Part shown: piece by piece, positions 58,197-64,000 of the stretch
Layout: the number at the start of each line of letters is the position of its first letter
How positions within the stretch are numbered: position 1 is the stretch's first letter
Assembly: GCA_016191085.1 (NCBI GenBank)
Contig: JACPPJ010000054.1
Coordinates: forward strand, 24,646 to 88,645
Direction: 5' to 3'
From: Acidobacteriota bacterium
GTDB taxonomy: Bacteria > Acidobacteriota > Terriglobia > 2-12-FULL-54-10
DNA length: 64,000 nt
Notes under the pieces: model-generated
Seen by the model: the letters and a program-made list of their open reading frames with translations, nothing else
What the model was told of the DNA's origin: nothing
Database searches by the model: none
Translations under genes and position numbers: made by a program

Positions 58197-61100
58197 TCAA
58201 AAAAGGAGTTTCAGCGCCAACTGGATCTGCCGGGATTTGGTGGCTGTCTGCGTAATCACGCCTGCCGTAGCCAGGGGCGTTTCGCTATCCGCTCGGGCCG
58301 CGAAGACAGTTCGGTTCGGAATAGCGAAGTTGGCCTTATTAAGAATGTTGAAGAATTCGGCTCGAAACTCCAGTTTGCCGGCCTCACCCAGAAATCCCAA
58401 TGCAGTGTCCTTAGCCAGGGATAAATCCAGGTTGGTGTAGCCTGGCCCGCGCAGGATATTACGGCCCGCAGTACCCAGAAATCCCGCCGCGGGGATACTA
58501 AAGGCCGTTGGATCGAAATACTTCTCCGGTCCGCCCAGAACGATGTTGTCATTCTTGCGACCCGCCACCAAATCGGGACGATCCAAGTTCGCTGGTCCTC
58601 CACCCACCAGAGAACGGGAACGGTTGGTTTGCAAAGACGGGCTGAACGGGTATCCGGTTGCGAGGGAAAGAATGCCACTTAGCCACCAGCCATTCACCAG
58701 TTTGTCGACTGCTCCTCTCGAAGACGCAAACGCCGGCAGGCGGTAGATGGCGTTGAAGCGCCAGTTGTGGGTTACATCGAAAGCAGCAGGCGCCCGGTCT
58801 ACCTCGCGGTGGACGGGGTCCACCGTCCAGGAGGAAGTCGCCGAGTTGTCCACATTCAATTGGGCCTGCCCTTCATCTATCACTTTCGAGTAGGTGTACG
58901 AACTCTGGAATTGCAGACCCTGACCGAGGCGCTTGAGCACAGTAAACTGTAGCGAGTTGTACCAGGAGTTTCCGGCTCCCGTCTTATTCTCAATCGAGCC
59001 CCAGAAGCGGCTCGTTCGGGGAGCGTTGACCTGCCAAAACTGGCGCCCGTCGGCAAGGACCTGCGGAACAGTCGGGTTGCCCTCTTTGAATTGGATGAGG
59101 TTAATTCCGCGTGAACCGGCGTATGCCAGCGTAAACCCCATATCGAGAGGCAACTGCCGATCGAGGGTCAGGTTGTATTGGAGTAAATGCGGTTGCTGCA
59201 GATGGTAATCCACAATGCGCAGGGCGCTACTGGCGGCAGTCGCCGGAAACGCCAGGGGAAGCACCAAGGGACCCGGATTAGCCACTGCACTCTGGCTGGA
59301 TACGGGCGGAGTAGCGACTGCGCCCGTGCTCAGTGCATTACCCAGGCCGCCGATATCATAGAGCAACCCGAAACCGCCGCGCAGGGCAGTCTTACCATCT
59401 CCCCGGATATCCCAGGCAAAGCCTAACCGTGGGCTGAAGTTACGCAGCGACGGGTTGAGGAATGGTGGCCCCGGGGTGGTAGTCGGGTCCCTGACCATGT
59501 CGCGCAACGCGTAGCCTAAACCCCGCACCTCCTGTGGCTGAGTGAGAAATTCATAACGGAGGCCGAGGTTCAGGGTGAAATTGGAGGCCACGCGCCAGTC
59601 GTCCTGGGCGTAAAAGCCCAGAGTTCCGTAGTGGTAGGTGCGATCGGTCCGCGACCCCGGAGTTACACCTGAAATTTGGCTCGGTATACCCTGCAGGAAA
59701 GTCGAAATATTGGCGAACGTCACACCCCCGCGCGTTCCGGATCCGTTAAAGGTGAACTGCTGAAAGCGATTTATCAGCGTGCCGAACTTCAAGGCATGCT
59801 GCCCCCGCGTATAAAACAGGTCATCACTCCAGGTGAAGAGGTTTTGCTTTTTGGTGTTGGGTGCGCTGCCGGTCGGTCCGAACGTCGTTACCCCGCCAAT
59901 GCTGATGTTTCCGATTTCCTGGCCGGGGAAGAACGAAAACTGAGGCCCGACAATCCCCGATGGGGAGAGGACGTCTCTATACGCCCGGCTGTATGAGAAC
60001 CGGAAAGTATTCAACAGGGTGGGCGAGAAGATGTGGGTCTCGGATAGCGTGGTGAACTGCTGGCGGCTGACGCGCGCTGTTGAGAACTGCGGAAAATCCA
60101 GGGTGCTGACGCGTTCGCCGTCCGAAATCGTATAGCGGATGAACCAGGAATCGGTATCCGAAAACGTGTTGTCCACGCGTACTTGTCCGTAATCATCCCG
60201 GCCTGGCTCGCTGTACGGGAACGTGAACTGATTATTCGGCAGGTTAGGCAGGGGGAAGAGCGTCAGCAAAGGTGCCACTACCGGCGCTACTATTACGGAG
60301 GCTTGTGCGGCCAGTTGAGGGCAGGCAGTGTTGGTTACAGTGGCTCCAGCTATGCTACGGCATCCTATACCGATGGTATTGGTTGCAGTCGTGATGCCGA
60401 CTCGCTCGCGTAGCCCTTCGTATGTCCCAAAGAAGAACAGCTTGTCTCGGCGTATTGGACCTCCCGCGGCTGCACCAAAATTGTTGCGTTTGAACTCGGG
60501 CAGGCGATTTGGCGTGCGCGCGGTTTTCCGGTCAAAAAAATTCCTGGCATCGAGATTATCGTTCCGCAAGTACTCAAAGAGGGAGCCGTGAAGGGCGTTG
60601 GTTCCTCCTTTACTTACGATGGTCATTTGGCTGCCCATCGTCATGCCATATTCGGCGCTGAAAAAGTTAGTGATCAGCCGAAATTCCCGGATTCCTTCGA
60701 CCCCCAGAGTGGACCCGCTCAGCGATGCCGAATCCGCACCCCCGAAACCCTGCATCAGGGCGCCGTCCAACATATAGCTGTTCGAACGAACCGGAGCCCC
60801 ATTACTGCTATACCAAGTCCCGACGGTTTCATTTCCTTCGGACTTGTTGCGATGTTCTATGATTCCCGCCTGCAATAAACTCAGATGGACATAATTCCTC
60901 CCGTTCAGCGGCAGGTCGGCGACGCGTTCCTCGTCTACTAACCCGCCGAGCGAGCCGGAGGTCGTATTGACGAGGGGAGCCTCGGCGGTTACGGCCACCG
61001 CCTGTTCCACGGCACCTATCACGAGCGTGAAGTTCACAACGGCTTCCTGTCCAACCGTTACATGCAGCCCGCTGCGCACTTCGGTTTGGAATCCGGGCTG

Positions 61101-61382
61101 CTCTACCCGCACCTCATAGCGGCCCACCGGCAATGCCGCAAGCCGATAGGAACCATCAACGGCCGTCGCGGTCGTGCGCGTTTGTCCCGTTTCGGTACTG
61201 CGCGCCGTTACACTGGCGCCGGGAATCACGGCCCCACTGGAATCTCTGACAACGCCCAGCATGGTTGCCGTCGGCAATTGCGCGTGTGAGGTCAGTGAGA
61301 GGCACAAGAAAATAGCGCAGCAGAAAAGAATCGCTCCACGTCGTGCGCCTATCCGTCCCACGTTCAGTCGTAATTCATGCAT
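58197..61382 (-). CDS. TonB-dependent receptor (Oar-like), close paralog of 53113-56289
   Basis: Signal peptide ending at AQLPTAT, LPLNGRN, FEYLRNDNLDARNFFDRKT and terminal RQIQLALKLLF. Confidence 0.93.
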   Translation of the reverse strand: MHELRLNVGRIGARRGAILFCCAIFLCLSLTSHAQLPTATMLGVVRDSSGAVIPGASVTARSTETGQTRTTATAVDGSYRLAALPVGRYEVRVEQPGFQTEVRSGLHVTVGQEAVVNFTLVIGAVEQAVAVTAEAPLVNTTSGSLGGLVDEERVADLPLNGRNYVHLSLLQAGIIEHRNKSEGNETVGTWYSSNGAPVRSNSYMLDGALMQGFGGADSASLSGSTLGVEGIREFRLITNFFSAEYGMTMGSQMTIVSKGGTNALHGSLFEYLRNDNLDARNFFDRKTARTPNRLPEFKRNNFGAAAGGPIRRDKLFFFGTYEGLRERVGITTATNTIGIGCRSIAGATVTNTACPQLAAQASVIVAPVVAPLLTLFPLPNLPNNQFTFPYSEPGRDDYGQVRVDNTFSDTDSWFIRYTISDGERVSTLDFPQFSTARVSRQQFTTLSETHIFSPTLLNTFRFSYSRAYRDVLSPSGIVGPQFSFFPGQEIGNISIGGVTTFGPTGSAPNTKKQNLFTWSDDLFYTRGQHALKFGTLINRFQQFTFNGSGTRGGVTFANISTFLQGIPSQISGVTPGSRTDRTYHYGTLGFYAQDDWRVASNFTLNLGLRYEFLTQPQEVRGLGYALRDMVRDPTTTPGPPFLNPSLRNFSPRLGFAWDIRGDGKTALRGGFGLLYDIGGLGNALSTGAVATPPVSSQSAVANPGPLVLPLAFPATAASSALRIVDYHLQQPHLLQYNLTLDRQLPLDMGFTLAYAGSRGINLIQFKEGNPTVPQVLADGRQFWQVNAPRTSRFWGSIENKTGAGNSWYNSLQFTVLKRLGQGLQFQSSYTYSKVIDEGQAQLNVDNSATSSWTVDPVHREVDRAPAAFDVTHNWRFNAIYRLPAFASSRGAVDKLVNGWWLSGILSLATGYPFSPSLQTNRSRSLVGGGPANLDRPDLVAGRKNDNIVLGGPEKYFDPTAFSIPAAGFLGTAGRNILRGPGYTNLDLSLAKDTALGFLGEAGKLEFRAEFFNILNKANFAIPNRTVFAARADSETPLATAGVITQTATKSRQIQLALKLLF

Positions 61383-61428
61383 CGGAGCCTCCTTGACGAA
61401 CGGTTTGACCAGCGAACCTCCCCGGAAC

Positions 61429-64000
61429 CTAGAATGTCAGTTTCAAGCCAAACTGCAATTGCCGCCCCGTCGTGGTTGTGTTCGTGATTCTCCCGGCCGT
61501 TGTAATGTATCGGCCATTGCTACCGTTCAGCACCTGGATACTGGGAGTTCCAAAGTTGGGCCGGTTAAACAGATTAAAGAAATCCGCCCGAAATTCCAGC
61601 CGGCTACCTTCAGTAATTGGCATCGAGAAGTGCTTCATCAGGCTGAAATCCACCTTCAACAGACCGGGACCGATCAGGATGTTTCGTCCCGCGTTGCCAT
61701 AGAATCCTGCTGGCGGCAAGAAGAAGGCACACGGATCAAAATACCGGTCGGGGGTGCCAAGCTTCTCCCCGGCCGCAAACGAGACCGGACCAGTGCTGCA
61801 GCCAGCGGTCGTGCCGTTGACGATATTCTCGTTGCTTCGCCCAAGCGTCAAATCCGGGTACTGTGATCCGGCGGACCGGTGGAGGTCCTGCGCGTTGAAT
61901 CCGGAAATCCTGGCGCTGAAGGGAATCCCGGTCGCCGCCGACAAAATGCCGGATATCTGCCACCCGCCCAGTATGGCGCGCGCGACGGAAGAGCCTTGCG
62001 GCGAGGGAAAAGCGTACAGACTATTGGCTACAAAGTTGTGGCCTACATGAAGCGCCGACAATCCCCGGTCTGCTAGTTTGTTATACGGACGAGAGCCGCT
62101 TCCCTCAAGATAATCTGTATTCACTCCGCCGGTTGTACTATCGTCAATGTTCTTGGACCAAGTGTACGAAGTCTGGAACTGGAACCCGCCGCTGAACCGC
62201 TTCTTGATCTCCACTTGCATTGCGTTGTAGAAAGCCTGAGCGTCCGAATAATTGATGGCGCAGCCTCCGAGATCGCGGTTCGGACGGGCACCACTCGGGT
62301 CCACAAATTCCCGACCGTTCACGACGGTGACGGGCCTGGTGTTGCAGGAAGTCAAACGCCACAGGTGAATGGCCCGACTTCCCAGATAACCCAGTGCCAC
62401 CGAAACGCCTCCGCTGAACTCTCGCTCGATCGTCAGGTTCGCTTTCATCTCATACGAGGAGTTAATGTGATAATCGGGAAGCTGAAGGAATGTATTGGAA
62501 CTGGTTAGGCTGCTCAGTATCGTGGGCCCCACCTGGTTGCGGTAGGCCACGGAGCCAGCCAGGTTCGGGGTTCCTCGTCCCCCGCTTAGACTGATGAGCC
62601 CATAGTACGGAGAATTCCGATACGTCTGCGTCCGCCACATCGAAACATAAGCGGGCACAAAGAATAGACCAAATCCTCCTCTGACGGCAGTTTTTCCCGA
62701 TCCTCCTGGTGACCAGGCGAAGCCGACGCGAGGGGAAAAATGCTTTCTCGAGGGATTCGTGAAAAAGCCAAAGTCGTTCCGAAGCTCTGTGGATGTTCGC
62801 CAGTCTCGAATTTGGGACAAGCGTCCCCACTTCTCCGTTGGTAAGCCGTACGGCTCATACCGCACTCCCAAATTTACAGTCAGGTTCGATCGCAGACGCC
62901 AATCATCCTGGTAATATGCTCCGAAGAAATTCTGCCGCAAGGAGCGGATGGCACTGCTTCCTGGAGCGCCGACAGCAAAAGTTTCGGTCGGCCGGTCTTG
63001 CAGGAAATCCTGCATGGACGCCCACCCGAACTCCCCAAAGTCCCGGCTGCCCCCATTGATATTCATCCCCACGTGCTGGAAATCGAACCCGAACTTCATC
63101 GAATGGGAGCCGCGCGTGAATACCATGTCCTCACTGACCTGATAGAGATTGTGCACGTTGGAGAAGACATTTTGCAGGTTGTCCGCCATCGGGGTCGCTT
63201 CCGGAAAGCTGATGGTCGGAGGGTAGTTTGGGTTGAATATGAACAAATTGGCAGGAAAGCTGATGTTGAGCTGGACATCGGAAGCGAGGATTGTTCGATT
63301 AAACGCGACCCGAGTAGCCGCCAAAAGCCGCGGCGTAATGATGTATTGATGTTGCAGCGTCGCATAGCGGGCGCGGGTCAACGGATTTACGCTGGTTACC
63401 GGAAGAGTATCGGGAGTAATCCGATCTCCTTCATCGAAAGTGAAGCGTCCGAATAGAGTCTGATTATCGTTGAGTTGATAATCAACTCGAGTGACAAAGT
63501 AATTTTGGTTGGTGGGTTGGCTGACCGGAGTAATTAATTCTCCAATACCCGGACCCACGGGCTTGCCGTTGGGCAGCGGGAACAAGTCCAGATACGGACG
63601 AGTTGACGGAGCCGCCGATCCCTGGTGAATGCTTGCATCCGGGACAAAGGCGATATTGGTTTGCCCGAGACGCTCTCGAAGACCCTCATAGTTTCCGAAG
63701 AAGAACGCCTTTTGCTTCTTGATCGGACCTCCCAGCGAGAAGCCAAACTGATTACGCTTGAATTCCAGTTTCCTGCGATCAAAGAACCCACGCGCATCCA
63801 GATTGTCGTTCCGAAGGAACTCGTACACCGTGCCGTGGAATTCATTGGTGCCTGATTTCGTCACCATGTTCACAATGCCGCCGCTGGTACCGCCGAATTC
63901 GGCGCTATAGTTGCTCGTGAGCACCTGGAACTCGCGCACCGCGTCCACCCCAAGAACCAGTCCGGAAGCGCTGCCGGGCACTCCGAACGTTGCTGCTCCT
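61429..64000 (-). CDS. TonB-dependent receptor (Oar-like), 5'-truncated by the window edge
   Basis: DAVREFQV, KSGTNEFHG, FSPRVGFAW, FRADFFN and terminal RQLQFGLKLTF. Confidence 0.92.
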   Translation of the reverse strand, partial: GAATFGVPGSASGLVLGVDAVREFQVLTSNYSAEFGGTSGGIVNMVTKSGTNEFHGTVYEFLRNDNLDARGFFDRRKLEFKRNQFGFSLGGPIKKQKAFFFGNYEGLRERLGQTNIAFVPDASIHQGSAAPSTRPYLDLFPLPNGKPVGPGIGELITPVSQPTNQNYFVTRVDYQLNDNQTLFGRFTFDEGDRITPDTLPVTSVNPLTRARYATLQHQYIITPRLLAATRVAFNRTILASDVQLNISFPANLFIFNPNYPPTISFPEATPMADNLQNVFSNVHNLYQVSEDMVFTRGSHSMKFGFDFQHVGMNINGGSRDFGEFGWASMQDFLQDRPTETFAVGAPGSSAIRSLRQNFFGAYYQDDWRLRSNLTVNLGVRYEPYGLPTEKWGRLSQIRDWRTSTELRNDFGFFTNPSRKHFSPRVGFAWSPGGSGKTAVRGGFGLFFVPAYVSMWRTQTYRNSPYYGLISLSGGRGTPNLAGSVAYRNQVGPTILSSLTSSNTFLQLPDYHINSSYEMKANLTIEREFSGGVSVALGYLGSRAIHLWRLTSCNTRPVTVVNGREFVDPSGARPNRDLGGCAINYSDAQAFYNAMQVEIKKRFSGGFQFQTSYTWSKNIDDSTTGGVNTDYLEGSGSRPYNKLADRGLSALHVGHNFVANSLYAFPSPQGSSVARAILGGWQISGILSAATGIPFSARISGFNAQDLHRSAGSQYPDLTLGRSNENIVNGTTAGCSTGPVSFAAGEKLGTPDRYFDPCAFFLPPAGFYGNAGRNILIGPGLLKVDFSLMKHFSMPITEGSRLEFRADFFNLFNRPNFGTPSIQVLNGSNGRYITTAGRITNTTTTGRQLQFGLKLTF

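Noticed and set aside
1-64000. CRISPR array, rRNA, integrase or phage genes
   Set aside because: No regularly spaced direct repeats with unique spacers and no such motifs were seen. The repeats found are dispersed or palindromic.

Overview
A roughly 58-60% GC (by eye) bacterial chromosome segment, most likely from an Acidobacteriota member. This is inferred from the Oar-like TonB-dependent receptors and the palindromic repeat families. Housekeeping and accessory genes include cpsB-like, queA, a UbiD-family decarboxylase, coaE, queG, hemL, mfd, tRNA-Leu(CAA), a Fur/PerR-rubrerythrin-FeS oxidoreductase-DUF3501 operon and several signalling genes. The most notable feature is a 9-gene lipid cluster (13.5-24.8 kb): pseudo-HAD/fatty acyl reductase, extended SDR, pyruvyltransferase-like protein, two acyl-AMP/CoA ligases, crotonase, ACP, lipid kinase and acyltransferase. 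It looks like a split, expanded version of the myxobacterial Elb ether-lipid machinery. About 11 kb away lies a radical SAM gene with the motif pattern of tetraether synthase (Tes/GDGT-MAS). Other oddities: an ADP-forming acyl-CoA synthetase fused to a minimal nucleotidyltransferase domain, one repeat inserted in-frame in both queA and queG, a cysteine-less redoxin, and an alternating array of TonB-dependent receptors and Tat-exported KstD-like flavoproteins. All calls come from motif recognition by eye; no database searches were run.
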